From Phoronis australis (Eukaryota > Animalia > Phoronida): a DNA stretch of 64,000 bases. Where the stretch lies: NCBI GenBank assembly GCA_002633005.1, contig NMRA01000027.1, positions 1,663,921 to 1,727,920 of the forward strand, given 5' to 3'. Below the pieces are notes generated by a model. That model saw nothing but the letters and a program-made list of their open reading frames with translations. It was not told the origin of the DNA and searched no databases. A program made the position numbers and the translations under genes. Below, piece after piece: positions 51,801 to 64,000 of the stretch (position 1 is its first letter; every line of letters begins with the position of its first letter).

Positions 51801-54489
51801 GGGATGTAACAACCTCGTCATTCACTAACCAAACAGTCTCCAGAAAACAATAACCATTCACTTTTTGTTTGCCGTACATCCTAGTTAGATGGCATATTGT
51901 GTACGTGCACTCACTGAAGACAAAGGGAGAAATCAAAATAAGTCAAATGTGCATGTTTACTTTCATAATCATAAGTATGTCTAAAAAAGTTGCGTTAGAA
52001 TATAGTTTTGGCCTGTTGTTGTTTTTCAGTACCGGCGTACAAATGAAGACACAAATGATTGTCACCATACCAAATTTATATTTACGTATTTCATATTCAC
52101 GTAAGTATATTGGAGAACAGCATGAGCTGGTCAAGGATTTTTTTTCAGTTTAGCTTATATGGTCTCAATCAACAAGTCTGAAGAAGAAACTACCCATGGT
52201 CGCACTGCTTATACCAAATAACTTGAGCACCACATGGCCAAATCAAAAAATCAAATGGCTGGACTAAATAACGGAATGACTCCCTGAAAACTCAACTCTT
52301 TGACTAAACTGCATGACGTCGGTGACCAGGGATCCACACTAAGTTTTTAGATTTGCCCACACAGTTTAAGCCGCAGTACAGCCATGCAAATTATTCCAAC
52401 CCTTTTAGGGTCAAATTAACAAAAGGCAAGTCGTTCTACATCGCAGACGAATCATTATCAACAAACACAAACATACTTGGCGAAATTTATTTCGCCAAGT
52501 AATAACAACTGTCAGACGTTTTGTTCGAGGCCCACAGACTGCCAATAAAAAGTAGCAGTGGTGACTATGTACTAGATACTTCAACGCGGGACGGAAGTTT
52601 TCTATCCTACCTGTGCAGCGCTTTCTCGTCGTTAGTGGTTATGGCCCTTGGTCCGCAACATGCTCAACGCGCTTTAACGGGAGTTGACAGTCCATATCTA
52701 TAGTCTATGTTCTTACCTTCCCCAGGCACGAGGTGTAGGTCAACTGTTCACCGTTATACTTACCACGTGCCGGGAGTCTGATACGAAATGTGTAACAGAA
52801 ATTGAGCCAGTGGTTAATGCACGTCGTTAGCATGAGATCGAAACAGCAAAATGTCAAATCACCTATCGAGCAAGGAATTTGGGTGAGAATTTATCTCTTT
52901 TCAGAAGTTGATGTGTTCGTGAGCACATGGAGAGTCACAGACGTGTGAGGCGACTCTGAGCATTAGTTATCAACGCGGGTTGTATGCATGTAGACGTGCA
53001 ACTCTCTCAGGATCAAAACTACGCTTTATCTTTGTTTGCCCCGGCAGCGTTCTATCATATGTGCACCTAGTTGACTTATATTACGGCAACTCGGTGAATG
53101 AAAGTTTCGAGGGTAGATACAAAGCTGGTGTGTACCTGGAGGGAGATTCGGTTTGAGTGACAGTACTTTAACCTTTGACCTTGGATAAGTGGTAAACAAA
53201 TATCCACGCAGTTTTGCTGGTCCAAAGTGGTTCTCCTCAGTCTTTTTTTTTCGCTACACGTTATATGTATTTCGTATTTGAAGTTCCCCGAGAATGAAGA
53301 TCGGGCACTTTTCTAGACCAATGTGAAATATTGTAAAACGGCCAATTTTTGTGAATAAGGTTTGAGATATCCTTAAGAATGTGTCTTTTGCTAGAGAAAA
53401 CTTGTAACCTAACGCGCAAGTACACACATACAGCATGTAATCTGCCACTCACATGGACATTCTGAGTGATGTAATTAAAAAAAATCTTCCGAAAAATGAA
53501 AAAACCAAGAATTTCAAAGTGTATGGGATAACTATTACAATGCTTGACACCACTGTGCGTATCGACCTCGACCTTCGGTCTCGGTTGATACGCAGAATCA
53601 GGTCTCTTGAGAGTTTACTGCATTCACGCCACCTTCGGTAAGTTTTGTAGGCATATGATGTGAGCGTCTGTTTGCAGAAATGAGTAATGTTTCTGTGCCA
53701 TAGTGTAATTTGTGTATGGTTATATAAGTGGACATTGTTCCAGGAGAAGCAGCTTGAGTCATTGGATAGTAAATATTGTAAGTATCTAAAATTTTGTTCC
53801 TGCAGTGTCTTGAAAATACACCAAGGGCGTGAGTATTGCTCATACCTATAACTGAAGAGGGAAATTTTATCTTCATTGATAATTCTAGGAACATATAAAC
53901 GGATACAGTGAGTTGCCGAGAGTCATTTGTGTATTGGAGCCTCGAGTATTAAGGATTGTAGTTGCAAAAAGAAACGATTGTTTGTTATAAGACTCCCTTA
54001 ATGGATAACGAGATAAAACACAATGTATATCCGACAAGAAATTAAAACTGAATTAAAATTCTCTGGTCGGGTGTCTCAGAAAACACAACTCAGCTGACGC
54101 CGGATTACAGATATTATTCGAGTGGAGAAGTCTGAGAGAGTCCACAATATTGTCGACTTAAGAGACAACTAGGGGATAACCCCATGCCACTTGATGTATC
54201 GCCAGGATTTTGACTGACAGCTTAACTAACAAATCAGAACGCAGCATTCTTTACACACCTTCGTCTGCGTTTCCAAGCCGTCAAACATATGTAACGTTGG
54301 TAGGTCTTTGATTTGACTTGATTTCGTGTTTTTTTCTGTTTCTTGGCTTTCAAATTTTGCGAATCGATTTTCTTCATTGAAAAAAAACAGGTACTGCATG
54401 TCAGCGCTTGTTCTATGTTCATATCGAGTCAAGGTTGTGTAGAATGGGTGAAGGGGGTTGTAGGTCGTGGATCGATGGGGTCGAGGTTT

Positions 54490-54607
54490 GAGGGAGTCGT
54501 GGGTCGAGGGGGTCGTTGGGTGTGGCTTGCTCACCACATTTCCCCGGATTGTTCTAAAATCCCCTCGACCCCAACACCCAAGGACCCCCTCGACCCACGA
54601 CTCCCTC
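54490..54607. repeat. GC-rich inverted repeat (34-bp arms), probable MITE remnant
   Basis: GAGGGAGTCGTGGGTCGAGGGGGTCGTTGGGTGT versus ACACCCAAGGACCCCCTCGACCCACGACTCCCTC. Confidence 0.75.
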
Positions 54608-57600
54608 TGTTAAAATAGTCGATCTGTATGCACAACAAGTAAATGACATGTGTTAAAGCAATTTGGAGCCCGTTACCCTAAAATTGACCTTGACGACCCC
54701 TAAGTTCATCTGCTCAATCAACTTATTGTACTTCAAACAAAAGATTTGAAGTTCCGGAACTCGAACTTGTTGCTTTAAGTTTGTTATCAACAAATACGAT
54801 TGGATACTCAGATACTCAAACCTTGTGTTTCTTCTGATGCAGAACAGAAAACATCAGAAGTTAGTTTTAATTTGACTTCGATTATGCAGCTTAGATTTGC
54901 AATCTCGATGTCGTGTATTTGATTGTGGTTCTGCTTTAGTTATATGCCCTGACATTCAGTGTCTTTCAATTAGTCATCCATCGCAAACCTTTAAGTACGA
55001 AGCACAGACACAGACCTTAAACACAGTATTTTATGCATGTACATTACCAGGGATCAACGGTATGAAAATCGTCAGGTCGCATTTTGCGACGTAGCCAAAA
55101 TCCCAAGTCGCATTTTCAAAATCCAACCAAAACCTTCTCGCCAATTTTACGCACCAAAATTTAATTTGTAGATCATTGAGAAATTTAGATTATGATCTTA
55201 TCTGCGGCGTTAAATACCCACAAATTTCAGGTCACAAAATTGATTTCTTACATAAAGTTCTCAAAATTGTCTTCCACGCATTGCACCATTTGGCTGGAAA
55301 TTTGTGAATAACTAGTTGTCTTCAAAATTTAAAAAAACATACAAGTTGACATAAAAAGAGTTTATTTAGTTAGATTTTACGGTATTTGTTTCATATTAGT
55401 GAACTGAAACCCCACAAAATAAGAAAATGCATGGCAGGGACTCTTTAAAACGTGTAGCCGAAGCTCTCTAATAATAAATGTAGCAGCGTCGCCAGAAGAC
55501 CTTTTTGTGAATGTTTGGTCTTTGTCGTTGATTGGCTCGGACATAAAATCAAGGTTAATACGATTTGCCAGAAAACCAAAGATAGCCACTAACATGACGT
55601 TATCAAACTTTCCAGAGAATACTTTTGAATATATGTGGAATTAAGGATTAAACTTTGAAATAGGCTGCATGTGCCTGTCGTAGTTTTTGCCCTCACGGGT
55701 AGGGAGATCTGCTTTCAGTAGAGAACAGGTACTGGCTGTGCCGCTCAGTTGCTTTTTACGGAAATATCTACCTCAACTGCACTGGTCCCCGAGAGTGGCT
55801 ACCGTGTACGGAGCATTGCTGGGACTTGAAAGGATTCTTTCTCACAATTTATGCTTCAAATACATTACAAATGTCACGGGTTCACAAGAAAGTAATAAGA
55901 CCAGCAACTGTAGTTCAATCATATATTTTACGTATATCAACGATACCGCCACACTTCACAACTCCGTTAAAAATTGACTCAAGATCTCCAGAGAACCGGA
56001 ATGGGTGTTTGCGTTTCAATGAAGAATCCTAGTCACTCGACTTATTTTACTGTTGCTCTACGACAAAATTTAGCGTAGCGTCAAATACAACCATTATTAC
56101 ATTTGACGTTCTTCGCGGGGCACACTTTCGTAAATGTGGGAGGTCGTTCCACAGCGCTAACACAACTCAAAATTGTGGTCTTTGAAATCCCTCTTGACCG
56201 CTTATGGGATCAGATTGGACTGGTGCAGAGACTCCGCATCAGGCCGGGCAATGGCCCTTGCCTCGCGACTGAGCCAATCCGATTTAACCTGCCAATGTCC
56301 GCCTGCATAAGCAACCGTTCACGAACGCGTGTTCAATCAATTGATCTCAAATCATTTCATTGCTGAAAATTAAAATGCAGAGCTGACCTCCTCGCTGGTG
56401 AAAACGATGTCGGGAGAGAAAAATGAATGCCTTGGAAGAAAAATGTTCTTTTTAAACATGTTACAGGGCTTCATAAATAACCGTGCCCGGTAGAGAGGAT
56501 AACATGTGTTTCCCCTTGGTACCAAGAAAGTGTAGCAAATTGGTGGCCCGCTCTAGTTTGAGACTATGGAAACAAGAGTGGAGGCTTGCAAGTAGACTTC
56601 AAACGTACTGTTTTCGTGAGGTGCGACGAATATTTCAACTTTGCGTTTCCCCCTTTTTATCCGGATGTATCTCTTTTCAATTCAGTTGTCCTGTTTTATA
56701 TTCTCAAATGTTAACAACTCTGCAACATAAGATCAAAATAATATTTTCTCTTTGTTATGAATACCATTGTTTTCCCGAGTTCCCTTTAATGACTTCAGAA
56801 TAGTAAAATGTGTTTCAATGAACCTTATTTACGGTAAAGCACACTAAATGTAATTAGGATCACTAATTTCTCCTTTCCTAAAGACATGAGTTTATATGAC
56901 ATATTTGCCGCGGAAATTTTATATCAAAACCGATTTTTTACGCGGAATATAATAAAACGCGCGGACAGAACATTTGAAAAAAGCGGAAATCCGCGTTTCC
57001 GCGGAAAATTCCAAGCCCATATTTTGTGTTAATTTGTATGGAAAGTCCTACGCTGCAAAAACAGTTTATTTCAAAACCAACGTAACAGATGTTTTATCCA
57101 TTTTGATCTATCAGAAAACTTTTATCTACAAATTTCGGACAGGTAGTTGGAATAATTAAATGGTCTTGTTTTTGTAAGTCACTGCATCCTGAAGTGTTAC
57201 TGAAGAATGCAATTGTATCAAACGGCAAAAAAGATCCAATATATATGATATGTACTTTTGGATGAATGCCTGACTAAACTTTACAGCAACTGTGAGGGAT
57301 TCATATTCAAAAATCTTTGTTGTTATCCGATAGCATTTTCTAAATCAACGAAACTATTTTCCTGCTCCTTTAATATGTCATTCGTATAACCTCTCTGATC
57401 CACTTCCTTTCTATGATTGCATTACATCAAAAATCAATTGACATGACAATTAATTAGTGGAACAATTACTCAGCCAATTTGTACATAAAGGGTTTCGTTA
57501 TTACACTCTGTTATTACACTCTTTTATCTCATTATTACATACCGTTATTTTTCACATTCTTCTTACACTCTTGTTTCTTAGATATTTCTTATACATGTTA

Positions 57601-57732
57601 GATATGCAGAATGATAACTACTTATGTTGTAAATTATTGATCTTTTGCTGTTATTACACTCACAAACCGTCAACAGCTAATGACTTTCAAATTATATGAC
57701 GGTTATGCAACTTGGTTGAAAAATGGCGGAAT

Positions 57733-59053
57733 TGCAAAACGTTTTAGTGAAAATAGAGACACTGACATTTTTCCTGGTGGCCTAGATGTTACAATTTGTC
57801 CTAGGTAACTGATTTTGATATCGTATGAGAGACCTCGTGGTGCTTGCTTATGTGGATATATCTTAAGGAAATTGTAAACTTTCGAAATTGTTGTAATACG
57901 TCCAGATGGCTTTACACTATGTCCACCAGCTAAGTAGCGGTAGCACCCACGGCCGTCTTCCAGAGTCGTAAGAGGATGATCCTCCGTTTGATAATGTTTA
58001 GGATCATTAGATCATTGAATATTCCAAAAATATACATGACATGTGCTCGGAAGAAGTTTTCGACGAAGCTTTAAACTTACATTAATTTTTACTAAACAGG
58101 CATCCAAGCCGAGTCCTATATTCAATGGCAAGAATCAACAACGAACGCAACCAAATCCCACGTATGCGCAGCGGAACCTCAGCCTCGCGAGATTGAAGTT
58201 CGTCTTCCAGTTCTACAGTTTTTATGATCAGATAGTGATAACAACCAAAAATTTTCCAGCTTTAGTAACGTTTGTATTAATCCATTGAAGACTTCAGTCT
58301 AGTTCTTAAGGCAATGATTTCGAAATCTATTGTTTACGATATTATTTCTGTTCCTTTAACAAGTTGCATTTCCGTTGATGTAGTTATCTTTCNTGCAAAA
58401 CGTTTTAGTGAAAATAGAGACACTGACATTTTTCCTGGTGGCCTAGATGTTACAATTTGTCCTAGGTAACTGATTTTGATATCGTATGAGAGACCTCGTG
58501 GTGCTTGCTTATGTGGATATATCTTAAGGAAATTGTAAACTTTCGAAATTGTTGTAATACGTCCAGATGGCTTTACACTATGTCCACCAGCTAAGTAGCG
58601 GTAGCACCCACGGCCGTCTTCCAGAGTCGTAAGAGGATGATCCTCCGTTTGATAATGTTTAGGATCATTAGATCATTGAATATTCCAAAAATATACATGA
58701 CATGTGCTCGGAAGAAGTTTTCGACGAAGCTTTAAACTTACATTAATTTTTACTAAACAGGCATCCAAGCCGAGTCCTATATTCATTGGCAAGAATCAAC
58801 AACGAACGCAACCAAATCCCACGCATGCGCAGCGGAACCTCAGCCTCGCGAGATTGAAGTTCGTCTTCCAGTTCTACAGTTTTTATGATCAGATAGTGAT
58901 AACAACCAAAAATTTTCCAGCTTTAATAACGTTTATATTAATCCATTGAAGACTTCAGTCTAGTTCTCAAGGCAATGATTTCGAAATCTATTGTTTACGA
59001 TATTATTTCTGTTCCTTTAACAAGTTGCATTTCCGTTGATGTAGTTATCTTTC
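57733..59053 (+). repeat. 660-bp direct duplication joined by a single N (probable haplotype overlap at a contig join)
   Basis: 57733-58392 and 58394-59053 differ at about five positions. Confidence 0.85.
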
Positions 59054-60706
59054 ATTGTCATTACTTCATAGGCGGATTTAGGGGGGGGGGCCCAGGGGGC
59101 CCGGNGTGACGTCAGCATGACAGAAGCCTTACTACATGTGTCTGTAGCCGCATTCACTTTTGACTGCCCAAACTCTAACGTTCCTAAGCTCTTGGCCACT
59201 GAAAATAGAAAGCGTTTGGTTGTTAAATTTCACTGTACTTTCTGAAAAACTCTGCTGAAAGAGGAAGCGTGGAAGAATGCTTCGATCCCACCAGTTTACG
59301 TAGTACTGTCGTTGGACTGTGGGGCGGATATTGGTTCGTGAACATCCGATGTCATTTGGATGTGTACCCTGATTCAAAATATGGGTTTCAGTTGGTGACA
59401 TTTGACTTTCGCGTTATCGAGATGTGAGCCTAGAAAAGAGTTTACTTTAATAAAAGAATTGTTTATCTATGTATTTATTCGACGCATGTTGCGGCTCATT
59501 TTTAATATTTAAAATTCCTCTATCATGGTTGTTGTGTAGTACTTGCGCCAAAACATGTTGTAGTTGACCGATACTGACGCTCTGAAGTGCAAGTGTTTTC
59601 CGTCATTTTACACATTACCAAATTGCGAGCAGTCCAAAGATCTGGGTTTTATTTTGTACTAAAATAGAACTCGAAATTATTATTGACATTTTCCGTTCTA
59701 CTTTTTGGCTAACTCAACATAAGTTTCTATTATTCTGTGGTCAAGAGTATTATGGTTTACACAGATTAGTGTCTATGCAAAGTTCGCGAATAACGACCCT
59801 TACAGTCAAACTAAAAACGCAAGGCATATAGAAAGTAACTGAAAACGTAGAGGTCAGACTCGAACTTATAGGTTTCATGATGAGGTCATCAGACGCAAAT
59901 TGGGAACAGAAAGTCATCCATGTAAATTATATTATACTAGAGCACAAGAATAGTCCGAGCCTTAATCATTAGCCCAAGCCTTGTCACCAGAAAACACGAA
60001 AGTTACCTTCCATTGAAATAGCGTCAGTAAGATAACTCCTGCTGATGGAACCAAGGGAAGATTTGGTGGTTATGGTGCACCTGAAATTGAACTTGATACA
60101 TGCATCGAGATGTAACATCCACAAACGATATTGGTTGATACAGCAAGCCTTACACATTGGTATAGCTCTGATGGGGCACAATTGGGCCATGACCATTTTT
60201 GATTGCAAAAAAGTCTCCTGCTGGTCGAATCTAGTTTCAGGTTTCATCTGGCAACCCCCACCCTTTTGTTCACTGCAAAGCGCACGCAGGTTGAGCACGC
60301 CGTCGACAACATTTTCGCATTTGGCCTCGCTGTAGAATACTTGTGGCTAACCAGTGATTGTACGCCTGCAGCAGTTAGGTTACGCTATACTTTCCAAAAC
60401 ACTGAAAACAAACTAGACAACGCCGAAACGGTGACTAGATTCCATTTATTTTCGACTAGAACTCATTTCTCATTTGAAGGCTTAGTTTCTAAAAACTCAG
60501 TCTGACCTGCCCCAACAGCTACGGTGGCGGTCCAATGGAACAAAAGTAAACACGGCAGAACTACTTTGCAAGCCCATAGCAACAAAAGTTCTAGCATTTA
60601 CATTAGCATAGTTCACAGAAATTGTATGCTAAAACTGACAGATGGAAAAAGGTGATTTCTTGATATCACCCAAACGCGGATTTGATCCCACAGCTCATGC
60701 TGTCAT

Positions 60707-61239
60707 NNNNNNNNNNNNNNNNNNNNNNNNNNNNNNNNNNNNNNNNNNNNNNNNNNNNNNNNNNNNNNNNNNNNNNNNNNNNNNNNNNNNNNNNNNNNNN
60801 NNNNNNNNNNNNNNNNNNNNNNNNNNNNNNNNNNNNNNNNNNNNNNNNNNNNNNNNNNNNNNNNNNNNNNNNNNNNNNNNNNNNNNNNNNNNNNNNNNNN
60901 NNNNNNNNNNNNNNNNNNNNNNNNNNNNNNNNNNNNNNNNNNNNNNNNNNNNNNNNNNNNNNNNNNNNNNNNNNNNNNNNNNNNNNNNNNNNNNNNNNNN
61001 NNNNNNNNNNNNNNNNNNNNNNNNNNNNNNNNNNNNNNNNNNNNNNNNNNNNNNNNNNNNNNNNNNNNNNNNNNNNNNNNNNNNNNNNNNNNNNNNNNNN
61101 NNNNNNNNNNNNNNNNNNNNNNNNNNNNNNNNNNNNNNNNNNNNNNNNNNNNNNNNNNNNNNNNNNNNNNNNNNNNNNNNNNNNNNNNNNNNNNNNNNNN
61201 NNNNNNNNNNNNNNNNNNNNNNNNNNNNNNNNNNNNNNN
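60707..61239. other. Assembly gap (other gaps at 33308-33501 and 45265-45290)
   Basis: Runs of N. Confidence 0.99.
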
Positions 61240-61927
61240 ACACACACACACATATTTCTCTCTCTTGCCCTTCCCCTCCCTCTCACCTTGCTGCTGCCAC
61301 TGATTTCCCGCCCTCAGCTGATTTCCTCCATACGGCCTCCCCATTACGACGATTTCCCGTTGCTCCCAACTTGTTCGGTTCTATAGTCCAACAACAAGTT
61401 GGGAAGTTTACCCCTGTAGCCAATATCTTACATGACTGATTAACTCCATTCTGGCACTCATGGTTGGAGGGCCAGCTCTCTTTTGTTCGATGATTGCTAT
61501 AATCTTCAATATCGTATCTAGCCTGACTGGGATGTGCGGTTAAAAATAATAGTTAAGTTATAACATATTTGAACATAAACCAATAGCATTTTTGAAATCC
61601 TCGTCAAATGGTGATCATGTTTAGTTTTTGAATCGCCAAAATCGCCCTAATGCAACCGAAGTATTCTTTCCGAAGTACCAATTCACACGTTTGACCGCCG
61701 GTGTTCACACGTGGTCTGTAATAAGCATGGTAGATTAATGACGTGCCTGTTGTCATAATAGAAAAAAGACTGTGCTTGGCAGTTAACAAAGAAGCTAGAT
61801 GTTATCACACGCTCAGAATCCCCTTCGTCTGGTAAAGTTACTGAACGGGAAAATGCTGTGTCATGCGTAGACACTGCCATTTCTCCTCCGGGCGGCACCC
61901 GGTTATAAATTCATTGTTCCACACCAG

Positions 61928-62328
61928 GGTCCAGTCTCCAATCTTTTTACTCGAAATGGAACTCGGAATTGGGTTTGGCATTTTCTACTCTACTTTTGGG
62001 CGAACTCAGGATAAGTGTCTATTATTCTATACTCGAGTACACTATAACTTACGTAGATAATTTATTGCCCTTAGTTCACAGTTTGTAAACCCAATATTAA
62101 AGCAATAAGTTCGAGTTTGAACTCGAAATTTCGAGTTTTTACTCGAGTTTGTATCACGAATAAAAGGGTCTTCAAGGGCAAACTTGAACTAGAAACTGCT
62201 ATGCATAAACTATAATGTATTCGAGCACAGACTGATAACCAATTACCTTAAGTTTGCACAAAAGGAGCAGAGAAATTGCCAAAAATAGTTTCGAGTTCGT
62301 TTCGAGTACAAAGATTAGAGACCGGGCC
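61928..62328. mobile_element. PIF/Harbinger-like MITE, second copy
   Basis: ~40-bp imperfect TIRs (GGTCCAGTCTCCAATCTTTTTACTCG / CGAGTACAAAGATTAGAGACCGGGCC) with CAG duplicated on both sides. Confidence 0.75.
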
Positions 62329-62930
62329 CAGNTGTCTTAACCAGTGTGAGTTCTGTAGACGTAGTTTTTTGCGAGAAAACCAAGAACTTCTAAGGCTTTG
62401 CGAGATATTGCCGCAGCACGTCATCACATTAGCTTCTTTAGCGAATTCTTCCGTCTACGAAACCCTAACTTGGGCGAAGACAATCAAACTCAGACATTAT
62501 GTTCAAGCAAACAGAAATAGCATTGCCGTTTCCTTTGAAGCACTCACCTGAGGCGATCACCTTGAAAAGCGGCAGACAATACGTAGGTTGCATCCATCTG
62601 GACTTTGCCAGTTTTGAATGTCACCGTGCCTTTGATAGGTTTTGGCTTCATACGCTCTATGTGTTCTAAGGCCACTGATGTTTTACCGTCTGGGTGAACC
62701 AATAGGAAACATTATACGCGCGTACACACAGCAGTTCAGGTGAGCAGTACGTAAGACCACTGTCTCTCTCAATTTCAGTTATAGTAATGTGATTGTCAGG
62801 AGTAGAATGACACTGATTTGGCTGCTGTTCGTTCATTAGCAGACAGCACTGGATTGACATGACCTATGAGGTCACGCCAGTGATTATGCAATTTGTTTAC
62901 AATAGAGTACTTGATTAAACACACGACAGT

Positions 62931-63095
62931 CTTTATTCCGTTCCGTTCTTATCCTCGGAACAAAGTTCTATACTCAACAGAACATCATTGTTGAAGCAGC
63001 TGGCCAAGATTAAAAGACACAAGGTCAATAGCTTCACCAATGCTCTCATTGAGTGTAGAACTTTATTCCGAGGATAAGAACGGAACGGAATAAAG
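62931..63095. mobile_element. Short MITE with ~50-bp TIRs
   Basis: CTTTATTCCGTTCCGTTCTTATCCTCGGAA... and its reverse complement ending at 63095. Confidence 0.7.
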
Positions 63096-63369
63096 AAGTT
63101 AGCAACGACAAGTGCCGTGTACTTAATCAATTTTGCATATCAGAAAACTTGCTCCAGGAAGTACAGCCAATACGTACTTAAGAACTCTTGTAAGTTTCCG
63201 TATATTAGTAGTCAATATAGAATCGCACTCTGGAACATTCTAGAGCCTAGTAAATGTTTATAGAATGATTAAGTAGATGCCAGAAAGTTCTAGAATGTGC
63301 TTGAATTGGGGAAATGTTCTAGAACATTGCAAGATGGTCTCAATGAAGACAATTAAGTGATAATATAAA

Positions 63370-64000
63370 TAACAAAAGCAACGCGGAGCGTTGAAATGCG
63401 CCCACGAATGCATGCAAATGGTATGCTTTTAGGGTTATTTATTTGTATCATAAAAATGGCCACTAGATAGCGCAAAAACATACAATCCATCCAAAAACAG
63501 AAACATGCCATATTTCATAAAAATCTGCTAAGGAACTTCAGAGAAACAAAGGAAACAGAATAAAATGAAATTACCACAAGTGGACACAGTGTCCGTTGGA
63601 TCCGCCTGAAAGTTGTCTTCGTCCGTTGTTATCTTCATATAAGTACACTTACTAAATTTAGTAAAGATCCTGCAGTGGGTTTAGGAGATACAGCTATGGG
63701 CGCAAAACAAAACTACCACTAGGAGGCCGACAGTAGTCATTTAACATCATTAAAGATTGTCTTCACACGGAGAACATATATGCCAATTTTCAAATGATTT
63801 GGTTGATACAGGGGTGGACGTCAAAAACAAGATTGAAAACAGCAAAATTGGCCACTAGGTGGTACAAAATACCTTGATTCCATCCAAAAAACAGAAAGAT
63901 AGCGTCAATAGAGGCCTATATTTAAAATTTTATGAAAATCCGTCGAGGACCTTTGAAGATACAGAGTTAAACGTAAAAAACTAAAATTGCCACCAGGGGG
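63370..64000 (+). repeat. Start of an interspersed element with degenerate ~130-bp subrepeats
   Basis: CCAC(T/C)AG-like cores near 63459, 63594, 63716, 63851 and 63989, plus recurring CATCCAAAAACAGAAA. Confidence 0.55.

Noticed and set aside
49000-57700. Many 60-150 aa ORFs
   Set aside because: No recognisable motifs or coherent splice chain; consistent with chance ORFs in repeat-derived DNA.
57733-59053. Biological 660-bp tandem duplication
   Set aside because: Copies join exactly at a single N and differ by allele-level substitutions, so an assembly overlap is more likely.
60642-61439. Long ORFs spanning N runs (also 33227-33636)
   Set aside because: Artifacts of translating assembly gaps.

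Overview
Eukaryotic, AT-rich, repeat-dense genomic window with assembly gaps, most consistent with a marine invertebrate; the species cannot be determined from sequence alone. One protein-coding gene can be assembled on the + strand: a 5'-truncated exon of more than 2.2 kb encoding about 16 EGF repeats, a 23.75 kb intron, a transmembrane exon and a cytoplasmic-tail exon, with compatible splice phases. Convergent with it, a series of short minus-strand exons (about 31.9-38.5 kb) behind YY1/NRF1 motifs has no long ORF and may be a lncRNA or small-RNA host gene. The rest is mostly transposon-derived: a 5.67 kb foldback Academ element with ~0.9 kb internally repetitive TIRs, AcademH-type derivatives with 9-bp TSDs (one only 57 bp), three Kolobok non-autonomous copies with THAP fragments, hAT-like MITEs with 5-bp TSDs, Harbinger, pogo and P-type MITEs, a P-transposase fragment, LINE ORF1/RT remnants and tRNA-derived heads. 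No CRISPR array, rRNA or intact tRNA was found. All calls were made by eye without database searches.
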